This document shows, in pieces, positions 1 to 12,600 of a stretch of 64,000 nt of DNA. The stretch is from NCBI GenBank assembly GCA_016748015.1, contig JAAOMT010000531.1, forward strand, positions 310,001 through 374,000, in the 5' to 3' direction. This DNA comes from Geosiphon pyriformis uo1. Its lineage: Eukaryota > Fungi > Glomeromycota. A program made the translations under genes and the position numbers. The notes under the pieces are model-generated. The model did not search any database. It was not told where the DNA came from and saw nothing but the letters and a program-made list of their open reading frames with translations. Every line of letters begins with the position of its first letter. Positions within the stretch are counted from its first letter, which is position 1.

Positions 1-28
1 AGTGCATTTTCTATAAAAAGAAGTTTTT

Positions 29-1960
29 TTGTTTTTTTTAGTCTATATCAATATTTCTTTACCTAATAATAACCCATTTTTTGTGAATATAAAGGCTACT
101 GCTAGTAGCACCACATCTAAAAAGAAGACTCTTAAGGGCGCTTTTCATGGTTCTGCTGGTGGTTTTTTTTCTCAAAAAAAGAGAGTTGTTCTTGGCAATG
201 TCAAACACTCTGGTAATGAAAAAAATATATTCTTAAACAAATCTGGATCTGATAATAGTGTTTATTCTAATATAGAAAGTCTATTTAGTGAGAATAAGAA
301 TGTTAGCATGTCTGGTGTAAATTATAGATATCTTTTAGGCTTAGCTGCTACTACACCCAAGACAAAATGAGTCAACACTAGTGCTGTTTTTGGTTTTCCA
401 CTTGGCTTTCCCAACTTTCATATGGATAATAATGAAGTTGTACTCCCTTCTTGCTTGTTTATCTCTCTTGACAAGAAGTGAATTGACCCAAAAATTATCA
501 AAACTCCTGTGGAGGTGTCAATTAAAAAGTCATTACTTTGAATATTAATCTCTCAGCTGTGAAAGGTACATCAGAAATGGTAAAAACTCAGTTAATTATG
601 AAAATTTTTTCAACAGTCAATGGTATTGGGGGCCTTAAAATTTGAAAGGATTATCTGATCTATCTTCACTTTTGAAAAAAGCATGGAAATGGCCACTTTA
701 TTGGCCAAAGAAAAGGGAATTGACATAAACAGTAATCTCAAAAGACAAGGAATCCATTCAGATCAGGCTGTGATCATCAAAGAAATTCCCATGGACACAT
801 CAAAAAAAATAATCATCACTGCATTAGTTGAGTTTGGCAAAATTAAGTCAATCAAAATTCAACTGATTGGAATGTAGCAAAAAGCTGTGGTAGAATTTGC
901 TGAACTAAATCAGACTAACCAATTGGCTGCTAAATAGTCCTTTTTGATTGAAAAAATTTCTGTGGGAGTAGCTATGGCTATGGGAGATTGTGAAACATAG
1001 ACATTAAGAGATCAGTTTAAGACTTTGTTGTTTACTTTGCCTGTGAGAATAACTGTTCATGATTTGAGCACTCTTTTGAAAGGAGCTGATAGGAAAACCT
1101 GTATTATAAATTGTTCATTGAATTCTGGCAATAGGATTTGCTGTGCTGTAATTGGCTTTGAATTTGAGAATGCAATGAAAACTGCATATTGTACTAAGTC
1201 AATATTTGGTGGTGTCAAACTTTTTTGGACTAGACTGAATTTGGTTTATTGTGGAAGGTGTGAGTTTTTTGGTCATTCTGCTTTGGAATGTGGTGTACCA
1301 CTTGCATTCATTTCTAAGTCTTCAAAAATGGCTAAAAAAGCCACCTCAGAGGAACATTGTCTTTGATTAACTAAGTTGTATGCAAAGAAAACTGTCCTTA
1401 TCTTCTGTTCTGCTGCCTTTGGTGGCAAGTCATGGGTGCAAGTTGTGTTACTCAATTCTTTTTCTAATGGTTTTCCATCTTACATGGTTTCTTTGATGTC
1501 TTTTAGTAATGGTTTGTCTCCTAATGTTAGGAATTTTTTGGTGATTTCTACTTCCCCTGGTGAATCTGCTTTATGTAACCATTTGTCTTCTCTGGAGTGC
1601 TTTTTGAAGCTTTTGGTAGACCAAGTTTCTGATATTTTGAGAAAGTTGAGCTACATTGAGTTGGTGCCTTTGGTGTCCTCATCTCTTGTCCTTTCTTCTG
1701 TTGCTTCTATATCTTTGGTGGCAGACATGAATTCAGATATGACATTGGATGATGCTTTAATTGACCCCATTCCTTTTTTTGTGGTTGTTACTGATGTGGT
1801 TGCTAACATTAGTTTAAGTAGTTCTAAGGTTCTGACCACTAAGATGGGAGGTTTGAAATCCAAGATGGTGGCTTTGGAGGTGTCAGTTGAGTCAGTTTTA
1901 GAGAAGTTGGATCAATTGTGTTCTGGTTTGGGTTTGTTAATTCTTCCTATTTCTCAATGA
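29..1960 (+). pseudogene. LINE ORF1 (two RRM-like segments, CCHC knuckle, coiled-coil-like C-terminus), disrupted
   Basis: Fragments 29-370, 683-877, 1025-1366, 1376-1960; VIIKEIPMDTSKKIIITALVEFGKIKSIKI (RRM-like); CGRCEFFGHSALEC = CX2CX4HX4C. Exact start uncertain. Confidence 0.8.
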
Positions 1961-3791
1961 GTAATTTAGTTTAGAAATTTGCTACATGTAATATTAGAAG
2001 TATCAATGTCTCTGTAAAGCAGGAAAATATTGTTTATTGGCACAAGGAATCAGAGAATATGGTTTTAATTATTACAGAGACCAAGTTAAGATCTAATATT
2101 AGACCTTGGATTATGAATAAGTTTGATGGAGTTCGAATTTTCACTTCTGGTTTGGGTGTGAGTTTTCTTAGTGCTGGGATTGCCATTATTATGAACAGTT
2201 TTTTGGCTTGGCATGTCTCAAAAGTAGACAAAATTTTTGGTTAACTGATCTCTGTCTATTTTTTGTTTAAAAACAAGCTTTTGGTTACAATCTTGGACTT
2301 GTGTGCTAGTGTTTCTGCTAATACATGTTTTAGCCAAGTCTCTTTTATCAACTTCTTAATCTCTAGAGTGGCCAATTCTAGCTTATTTACTGTCATTAGA
2401 AATAACTTCAATAAAAATAGATCAAAGAAGAGTATTAGCTTCAAGTTCTGTTCAGACCTGAGTTTGGTCAACACCTTTAATGAACATTTCTTAGCCAAAG
2501 TCCCTACTTGGAATAATTCTAGAGGTGTTAAGAAGGTGTTGGATTTTATTTTTGTGAGTGAAAATCTTACTTTTACTGTTTTATCACATAAAGTTAATAA
2601 CATATTAGGATTTTTTTGATATGGATCATAAGACTATTTCAGTTGTGGTTGGTTTGGGAAAACTCTTAGATGCTTGTCTAAACAGTGTTTACAAACAAGC
2701 CAATCAGAACTGGTGGAAGTTCAAGATAAGACATGCTGATGAAACCCTTTGGTTATGTTTTAAAGAGTGGATTTCTGCTGAATTAATGGCTAAATCAAAC
2801 GTGTTTAAGAGTGCAAAATATAATGGTAATTTGGATGCAATGTGGGTGGTGCTGAAAAATGTCATAGTGCAGGCTGTTGATATGGTGTTTTCTAAACATT
2901 GGTATAGTGCATTTAATTGTTCGAAAAACAAACAATTGTTAAAGTTTTTCAAATTGGAGCTGCTAGTTGCAAAAATTGTCAAAGCTTGGATTTCTGGGGA
3001 TCTTTTGGATTTTGACCATCTTGTCAGAGTCTGATTAAAAATTGATGAAGTGGAGGCTTCTAAGACTGCTAATATGGTTTTAATTGGTGTGAGTTCAATA
3101 GAGGTTGTCAAACATTTTTCTATGGTGAAGAAGAGATATTGTATCTTGAATCAAAAGCATCTGAGAATACAGCCATTAGGAAAACAATTGACTGATGCAT
3201 AGACAATTTTTGTTTTGACAAAAGACATATAATTAAAAGTATCCTTGATCATCTTTTTTGCAAGATTGTTTTGGATCACTTGGTAGTTAATAATGAGTTG
3301 GTAGTTAAGTCTGATAAGGTAAAACTTAAAGTAGATGAAATTATGAAGGGATGGATGAGAAAACAGACAGTTCTTTCAAGAATGCCTATTCTTTGGTCTT
3401 GTCAATATATGCCTTTGGACCATGTTTCTGATAATGCTTTTTCTGGTATTATGAAGGAGATCGATATGGATGAGTTGTTTTTGTGTATTAATAACTTGCC
3501 AAATAATAAGGCTGCTAAATTATCCAGAATTCCTAAAGAACTTTAGAGACACTGTGATAATAAGATGTTATCTTGTCTCTTAAAGCTGCTGAATTTGTGT
3601 TTAACCTTGGAGACAGTTCCAACTTCTTGGAGAAGAGCATGGGTTTTGATGATCCCTAAATTCTATAAATGGAATAGTGTTTTGACTAATATTATGCCTA
3701 TTGCTCTAATCAAAACTGCTCAAAAGATTTTGTCCAAAATTTTTTCTGATTGAATCTCTTTAGCATGCAGCAGATTCAATGTTCTTTGTGA
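1957..3791 (+). pseudogene. LINE ORF2 part 1: APE endonuclease and start of RT
   Basis: FATCNIR, IITETKL, PTWNNSRGVKKVLDFIFVS, DHK endonuclease motifs; LPNNKAA..S.IP.EL, WRRAWVLMIPK, PIALI early RT motifs; many stops. Confidence 0.85.
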
Positions 3792-4561
3792 TGTTACTCA
3801 TAAAAAGAAAACAGATATAGCAGACCAATAAGAGAATAGTATTTAGCACGTGAGCACATTGCTTAGCAATGTGGAGCAATATCAGAAATCATGGCACATT
3901 GTTCAGCAATATGGAGCAATGTTAGAAATCATAGCACATTGCTCAAGAAATCATAGCATATCACTCGAAAATGGAAGCAATCTCATAGAACATCAATTAT
4001 ATATATATAGTGGTAGCATTAGAAGTAGAAAAAGAGAATTCAATAGTTAAAAATCTCACATTTTTACAAATATTAAATAAATAAATCATTTACCATCCAA
4101 ATCTACTCTTTACTATCAACACCCCATGTTGATAGCAATTGATACTTAACTATATTAGAACAATAGCTCTTAATCATGGCTATTGATAGATACTAACTTG
4201 TGGATTGCCTTGGCTTATTTCCTTATTTTATTTTCTTGATTTTTTATTACTAACTTTATTAAGGATTAACATGTGGAGTACTGACGTCAGGATATAGTAC
4301 TGGTAAAAGATCCAGAAATAAGAGTAGAACACTCGATTGAGGATAGCTTACCAGAAGAAATACTGGCCATCAAGCTGAGAAAAAAATTGATGAAACTGTG
4401 ATTTCAAGAAGCTATGGATAAAACCATTGCAATTGAATCTCTGTCTATTATACAAAAGACTCAACCAAAACCTTCAGATATTTCCAACAACATTATATCA
4501 ATTGAGCACCAAGTTACAGGTTTGTTATTTGATTTAAGACCCCAAATAATCATCTGTAATA
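3792..4561 (+). repeat. Gypsy-A 5' LTR (770 bp)
   Basis: Starts tgttactcataaaaag, ends tgtaata; direct repeat of 23137-24024; TATA run ~3998-4009, AATAAA ~4076. Confidence 0.95.
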
Positions 4562-4563
4562 TT

Positions 4564-4580
4564 TAGTGCTCTCTATGAGG
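4564..4580 (+). promoter_or_regulatory. Gypsy-A primer-binding site
   Basis: tagtgctctctatgagg 2 nt after the LTR; consensus with B and C is TGGTGCTCTCTGTGAGG. Confidence 0.85.
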
Positions 4581-4622
4581 TATAATCCTACAGAGAACCA
4601 GCACCAACAACCCCATCCAAAA

Positions 4623-6417
4623 GTGGCAGAATCAGAAAGCATAGGAGCAAACCATTTAGAATTCATGAAATCTTTATTTCAACATTATTGTCAACACCTA
4701 AGGTTAAATCATAATCACATATCAGCAGAATTAGTCTTCACTTTTTACATTAACAAGAAAATTGCATATTTGTTGAGTACATCAGTAAATATTGAATCAG
4801 CAAGAGAAACTTTTTACAACAAATTAATTCAAAACACCAGCCTACCAACAAATCATAATTTCGCATCTATCATCACTGAGATCAACAAAGAAATCAAATA
4901 TCACACACAGCAAAGATACCCAATTACTTACACAAGTAAAGGTAAAGGAAAACTACAAACACCAGCAGTAACATCTCAAAGGATACAACCACCTACTTAG
5001 AAGAAAACAAGGGTTGAATTACTAACTAATCCATCATACCATTATATACTTGAAAGCACCATCAATATCTCATTAATAGGCATGTCCACATTAAACGTGA
5101 CATTAACATTTGGACAATTCCTATTTCAAAGCAAACAAAAGAAAGAAGACTTATTAGGACCATACGGCGCATATTTTGAAAGATTTAAATCATGATTGCC
5201 AACACCATCAAGATTTTGATCACCATCACTTCAACCAGATTTCGGAACCACAAGTTCTTGGAAAGTCACAGAATTGGAAGGAGAACAGGAAGAAGAAGAA
5301 AAAAAATCTGAGAATCAGGAATTTACTTACCAAAACCCAATCCCAGAAAACCTGGAATTTGAAACCCCGAACATTCAAACTCCGAATTTTCAAGCTCAGC
5401 CAAATTAGAATGATCAAAACCCCGAGACAATCAATCAGCTGAACTTATCTCCAAATATTGTTATCGATCAACCACCCATTGATTCAATAGCACAATCACC
5501 ACTACAGCAACTTATTCAGCAACCAATTCAACATCCACAACAATAGCTTCAATTACCAATACAACAACAACTGATCGTGCCAATGGCTTTTGCACCAATA
5601 ACAAAAATTGAGAAGTTCATAGATAAAGAGAATGATGCCCAAGCATGGATTAATGACATCACCAAAGCCATTACCACAAACAATTGGGATGACGCAAAAA
5701 CAATGCAAGTCATCCCATATTTCCTAAAGAATACTACCAACTCATGGTATTATAGCTTGGCCCAGAAACACCAAAACTTCAATGCATTTAAAATCGACTT
5801 CTTAAGATATTTCAGTGATAATAACATCATCAACCACCTGGCAAGTACTTTCATCACCATAAAACAAGAAAACACAGAAGCAGTCACCACTTACTTAGGA
5901 TGCTTTCACAGAAATCTGCGCCAAATCCAAGCTATCCAAGCTGATTACTTTACAGCATCACAAATCTTAAATTAATTTATCAGAGGCTTACGCAGTAGCA
6001 TTCTTCAATGAGTACATCTAATGTATTCAGTAGACTTTCCTACTGCAGTCACTTATGCTAGAGATTTTAAAGCTGCCAAGTTAGAAACCAACTATGCCCA
6101 AGCTGTGAATCTAGTAATGAATGGGATTATCTGACTTGGATTCTAAACTGAAACAATTCAGTAATTCCATTAATCAGAAATTAGAGGGATACTTAGTTAA
6201 CAATTGCCCAATTTATCAATCTCCACAATAACACAGTAATCAAGGAAACACTAATCATTTTCAAAATTAGTTGTGTCTTCCAATGTTCTCCAATCAGCTA
6301 TGGCAGCAAAAGATGCATGTTTACCACAACTGTGGTAAACAAGAACACCTTAGAGCCAACTGCTGAGAGTATAATAACTCACAATCGGGAAATCAATATA
6401 GAAACCCCAATTGCTGA
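4623..6417 (+). pseudogene. Gypsy-A gag (N-terminal extension, capsid, CCHC knuckle), 5' part
   Basis: MAFAPITKIEKF...DAQAWINDI...VIPYFL capsid from 5583; decayed knuckle YHNCGKQEHLRANC at ~6320-6363; cut by Gypsy-B. Confidence 0.9.
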
Positions 6418-7432
6418 TGTTATGGGTAAACTTGGTGGGTATGGGAAATGGTAACGTTTGGTGCTCTCAATTATTGATGATGCATCTTTTGCATAATTCT
6501 GTTGGTTTAGTCTTGATTATCAGTTTCTGAAGGTCTATTCCTAGATGTGAATTTACCTGTTGAATTCTTTTGTTATAAGACACAGAGTTTGTCTTTCGTT
6601 GATTGCAACGTTTTCTGTAAATGTGAGCTTTCTTCTCCGAGCTAATAAGTACAGTTGTTAGGGTCTGGCATTGTCTTTTTGTCCTTCTGGTAAGCTAACA
6701 AGATAACATTAATATCCAAAACTTAGGAGAAGCTTCTTTTTTTTACCATGCTATCACAAAGTCTATTTCCAGACAGTTGATTTTATTATGTTGCCACTCC
6801 ACAAAAAAAATAAGAAAGAAAAAGAAAAGAAAAAGAAAAGAAAAGAAAGAAAAGATAAATTAGTATTATCAATCACCATAATCAAGAGTGATTGGTTCAA
6901 ATTGTCAATCATTCAAAATGATTATGCTAAGAGCATCTGTTCTAGAATGAAGATATGAGACAAGAGTTAATTCACGTAAATTCCACAAAGTTTTGGGAAC
7001 ATGAATTCGTGATTCTGATTTCTTTAATAATTGGTTTATTTCAGAAGATGAAATAGGGAAGATAATAAATGATGAAGGGGTATGGATATTTGATTCTTGT
7101 CTAGAGATTCGTATCTATCTGTCTGTCTGTCTTTTTTAACTTCTACAACTATTTGCTTTTATACATTCTTTTGGTTTTACAGGATTGCTTTCAATTGTCT
7201 CACTATTGCTAGCTATTGCTTTGTTATTTCTGTTATTGCTTCATTTTTCTATGTTATCACTAGTTATCCTATGTTATAACACATTATCTGACATTATTAC
7301 ATGTTATTCTGTGTTATCTTGCATTATAACATGTTATCCTATGTTATAATGTGTTATCCAACATTATTGCACTATTCTGTATTATGTCACATTTCTTCTT
7401 AACTTTGGATCAGTTTTTCTACTTGGGTAATA
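6418..7432 (-). repeat. Gypsy-B 3' LTR (1015 bp)
   Basis: Direct repeat of 15491-16558; PPT (minus: aaaaagagagagataa) at 7433-7448. Confidence 0.95.
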
Positions 7433-7446
7433 TTATCTCTCTCTTT

Positions 7447-8180
7447 TTAAAATTGAGTTTCTGCAAAACTGTATGTATCTGTTATCATGGCTTTGTTTGT
7501 GTAATGTTCGATTGTTGTCTCAAGTATTGCTTTTTGTAGGTCTTTGAACTGTTGATTGGTTATTCGTCCTATGTTGTTAACCATTATGGTTTTTATAGAT
7601 CTGTTCAATAGTACATTTGGGCAATGTTGGAAGGTAGTGTATAGTCAGTATGCTGCTTTGTAATGTAGGGTCAGGTTGTTTTTCTCTACAAATTTTTCTA
7701 CTTGTTGTATTGCTTTTTTGTTGAACGTTTTCTGGCTGAAGTCTTCATATGGTGTCTTTAAGTCAAGCTGTTCTCTAATTTTGTAGAACCAATAAGCTAA
7801 AAGAAGTCTTTTTTTCTATTTCTGGGTGTTGTCAGGTGTTCATTCCCCTGTTTTAGGAAGTTTGGTCTCATAAGCTAAAGCTTGTTTTATTTTTTCAAGT
7901 TCAAAGACCAAGTATCTTCTTTTGTAATTTTTTTCTCATTTTTTGCCTCTTTCTTCTTTATCTTCCACCCAAAGGCAATTTTTTCTCCAACATTGTCTTT
8001 CGGATGGTGGGTAGGGAAGGAACATTTAGTTCTAATTGAACTCTTGTCCTCCCCTCTTCTGCTCTTATCTTTGTACTATATCTCTTTTTTATCAATTGTT
8101 ATTTTTATTTGAGATATCAATTTTTGAATTGTTTCAAATAATTGTTTAGATAATTTTAAAATTTGATCTGAAAAGTCCAT
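7447..8180 (-). pseudogene. Gypsy-B third ORF of unknown function (~244 codons, net frameshift)
   Basis: MDFSDQILKLSKQLFETIQ...FNKKAIQQVEKFV...SFAETQF*. Confidence 0.7.
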
Positions 8181-8260
8181 GTTGAAATTTCTATTGTTTT
8201 TTGCTGTTTTTCAGATGCTATATATATTTAAATTCCCCAATTTAATTTGTTGCACATTGT

Positions 8261-9628
8261 TTATGTTTTAATGATGATGATTGGTTCCAGATCTTGTGGT
8301 ATATTTTCTGGTCTGATTAATGAAATTTGTGTTCCTAGTTGAGGTACTGATGACAATGATTCCTGTTTTGCATGATAAATTTTTAACCAATTTCTATGTA
8401 TTACTTTTTTTAAAATCCTGTCTTCTAATTGTAGTTTGTAAGCTTCATTTCCTAAAGCTTCATGTATGTAGAATGGACCATCCCACTTTGGGTCAAACTT
8501 TTCACTTCACTGTTTCTCAGCTTTTGTATGATGTAACAGTATCTGGTCTCTAATCTTGAATTTCATTGGTTGTTCAGATAGGTGATTGTCATGTCTTTTC
8601 TTTTGTCATTTTTGAGCATTACTAATATTATCAGCTGCTGTTCTTAGATTGTTTTCTAATGTTTTTATTAGCTGGTACATTCTGTGATACAAGATAGCTT
8701 TAAAATTCTCTTCAGTGATTGTTTTTGTTGGATAGGACAATATTTCTTGTTCAATAGATAACGTAGCTTTTCTTCCATAGACTAGTTCAAATGGTGTAAA
8801 GTGTGTCATATTTTGCTTTAGTATTTGGTATGCAAAGAGTACTAAAGATATAAATAGGTCTCATTCTTGTTCATTTTCTTGACTTATTTTTGCTAGTGCT
8901 TTACACAGTGTTCGGTTAAACCATTCTACCAGTCCATTAGTTTGTGAGTGGTATGGTGACAATAAAAGATGTTTTATACCAAATCATTGGCTTAATTCTG
9001 TTAATGTATTATTGACAAAATGCATTCCTTAATTGAATAACAATTCTTTCAGACATCCATGTCGGCAAATTAGGTCTTGATGTACAAACTCGGCTATTGT
9101 TTTGGCATTGGCCACTTGAATTGCTCTGGCTTCTGGCCATTTTGTAAGATAATTAATGGCTACAGTAATATACTGATTTCCTTTGGATGTAATTGAGAGA
9201 GAACCAACCAAATTGATCCCAATTCTATCAAATGGATTTCCAACTGGAATGAGTCGAAGTGGTTCTGTTGATCTTGCTCCTCCTCTTTACTGGCATGCAT
9301 CACAATTGAACACGTATTCGAAAATGTTTTTGTACATCATTGGCCAATAGTATAAATTTAGTGTTCTTTCGAAGATAGCATCTTTGTTAAAGTGTCCTGA
9401 CATTGGATCTAAGTGCATGCTATATAGTATAGTTTCTCTTTTACTGTCCTTAATTAGTCATTGTGGGGTGGAGTGGTTTTGGTGTTCTCATTAATATAGT
9501 TGGTTGTCTTGAATAAAATAATTTCAGGCTTGTTTTCTTATGGTACTTTGTTCCTGTTGAGATAATATCTTCTTGAAATGTAGTGTTGATAGGTACTGAT
9601 GTAGTTGTTGATAAGTAAGTGTGTCCAT
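8261..9628 (-). pseudogene. Gypsy-B stand-alone integrase ORF (456 codons)
   Basis: ATG 9628 (MDTLTYQQLHQYL); HLDPMSGH...CDAC; AINYLTKWPEA, TPFELVYGR, KFDPKWDGPF. Confidence 0.9.
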
Positions 9629-9638
9629 GGGTCTGGGA

Positions 9639-12600
9639 TTAGGTTTGTGGCATCCTCGACAAACTATCAGCATTGGTGTTCTTGGATCTTTTCTTGTAAT
9701 GGACTTTGAGTAAGAATTGTTGCAGATAAGTACTCTATCTTGCATATTTCCCTTTTAATTGTGGATTATTGAGTAACCAAATAAGTCCTTTGTGATTGGT
9801 ATATAGGTCAAATAGTTGATTGAGGTAATGTTTTCAAGTCTGTACAGCCCATAAATGGTGAGGCATTCCAGATCTGTTGTGCTGTAATTCTTTTCTGCTG
9901 GGCTCATGTTGCAACTGGTGTAGACAACTAGATGTTCTCTATTGTCTGGTCTTATCTGGGATAATACTGCTCTTAGAGCATTTTTTGAAGTGTCCATAGT
10001 GACAATGAACCGTTTAGTAAAATCTGAGTAGATCAGAATTGGGAATGTAATTAATTGCTGCTTGAAATAGTCAAATGCTTTCTGTTGATCTTCCTTCCAC
10101 AAGTACAGTATGTATTTGGACAACAATTGATGGAGTGGTTTTACAATATTTGAGAAATCTTTGACAAATCAACGATAATATCCTGTCAATCCTAGGAATT
10201 CTTGTAATTCTCTGAGGTTGATTGGGGCTGGAAAATCTTTGACTTTTTGTACTTTATCTGAATCAGGTTTAACTTTGTTCTTGCCGATTACATGTCCTAG
10301 GAACTTTAACTCAGTTTTTCCAAAAAAGCACTTCTCAGGATTGAGTTTCAATTTAGCACTACGAAAGCATTCGAAAACTTATTGTAGGTAAAGCAAATGG
10401 TCATCAAATGTTTTGGAGAACACGTTTGTGTTGTCTAAGTAGACTACTACTGATTTTCAAAAGATTCCTTTGTATACTACATTTATCAGGTGTTAAAACA
10501 TGGCAGAAGCATTACAAAGTCCAAAAAGCATTACATTAAACTCGAAGTTTCCATTTCAAGTAGTAAACACTGTTTTTCTTTTGTCTTTGGAATTCATTTC
10601 AATTTGCCAATAACTATTTGCTAGATCTAATGATGAGAACCATTTCTTTTTTCCTAGATTGTCCAAAATTTCTTGAATAAAGGAAGTGGGATAACTATCT
10701 TCTCATGTGACGCTATTTAATTTTTGGTAATCCACACAGAATTATACCTTTCTGTTTTTCTTAGTGATCAGGACTACTGAAGAGGACCAAGGGCTTAACA
10801 ATTCTTTGATTAGGCCATTATCAAACATCCATTGCACTTCTTGCTTAATTAAATTATCGCTAGATGGGGGTATGTGATAAGCTTATTGCTTAATTGGTCG
10901 AGCATCTTTTGTATCAATCTAATGCTTTATGATGTCAGTGCATCTGAACTCATTTTTACTAGCAAAGACATCAGCATACTGGTTCAAAAGGACTTTAAGT
11001 TGTATTTGTTGCAGAGTACTTAAGTTTCCTAAATTCAATTTATTGATCTTTTCTGGTATAAACAAGTAACTTTCTTTTGGCAAATTCCATACTTGTGAGA
11101 TAATATTGCAAAATAAGAATAATTGTGTGAAGTCTGGAATAGACTGGAGTTTTTCAAGATTCTGAATATCTACAGATATGGAACCAATGAGGATCCCTTC
11201 GGGGATTTCAATGACATTTTCTGTTGGGTTGTAGATGGGGATTTTGAAGTGTTTATGGGCTTTGGCTGGTAGATATAGATTAGCAATATCAGCTAGGGAA
11301 CAGATTTTGGAACTGGCTTTGAATAACAGGGCTTGATCTTGGATCTTTCGATTCACCTTGAGGATGTATTGTCAGTATGGGGGAATGGAGATAATGGTGT
11401 CAGTGTAGATAAATTCTACCTGGTCACTGTTTTCCTTCATGAAATTAACTGGTATGTTTCCTCTTCCACTTGATCCAAACCCATTGATTCTTTGGGCAGT
11501 GAGGCTTAATTCTTTTCAGATTGTTACTGGGGTCAATTGGAATATTTTGACTAGGGATAAGAAAATAACTTGGGCAATTTTTTCTTGTGATTCTATTTTG
11601 TAGAGTCTGTCCAAATTGTTTTGTAGTATCACGATGATGTTTCCCATGTAACTAGCATTGATAATTCCTCTTTTTACATCGATTTTTTTCTTGGCTAGAT
11701 TAGATTAAAAGGCAACTTATACCATTGTACTAATAGGAATTTTTAATGCTATTTTAAGATCTATTTTTACAAGGGAATATGGGGCTATAATGATGGGTGA
11801 TTGTCTGGAGTATTGTAGGTCAAAACTAGCATTGGTGTCATGTGTTTTTTCAAGGCAGATTCTTTTTTCGTTGTTATTATACCATTTTAGCTCTAGTTCT
11901 TTGGATAGATCAAGATATGTGAAATACTGTTCTGTTTCAGTATTCTTAGTTGGATCTTGAAACAACATGTCCTTGGTAATCAATATCTTTTTTTCTTTAG
12001 ACTCAAGTAATTTGGCAATTGGAAACAGTATTCTTGGAGGTAGATTGAACATGAAATCACATTTATTGCAGTACTGAAAATAACAGGAGATCAAACAGTG
12101 ATTGCACAGTTTAGTATTCAAATCGGCTAATCTTTGCTTTTGTTCTTCTCAAGTTAGGGCCAATTCCTGATATTGGTTCTGAAATGCATCTGGGTCATCC
12201 ATGAAAAAATTGTCCATGGGATAGTCAGGTCCATTATATTCGGGTGTCTAGGAGTTATCCTTGATTTCTCGTATCTCTTCGGGCATGGCACCTTCGGCTT
12301 TGGTGCTTGCCATTCTCCAGATTTTGTGGTCATTGTGTGGATAACCATCCAACCTGTTGAGTGCTCATTTTTAAGTGTTCTCGATGGAAGTTCCCTTTCA
12401 TACCCAATTATTGATTAATATGGTGTATTGACAAGCCTCGTCACATGTTCCTCCTCTACCAGACACATCATTCCAAAGTTCTTTATTGGGCAGAATCTTG
12501 CCACATGCGAGACATGGTGTGTTGTCTCACTTGCCTTGTCATTTTGGTCATCCAAATCTTTCCAGTAAACAAGGTCTGCAGTAGTATTTGGTGGCAGTGG

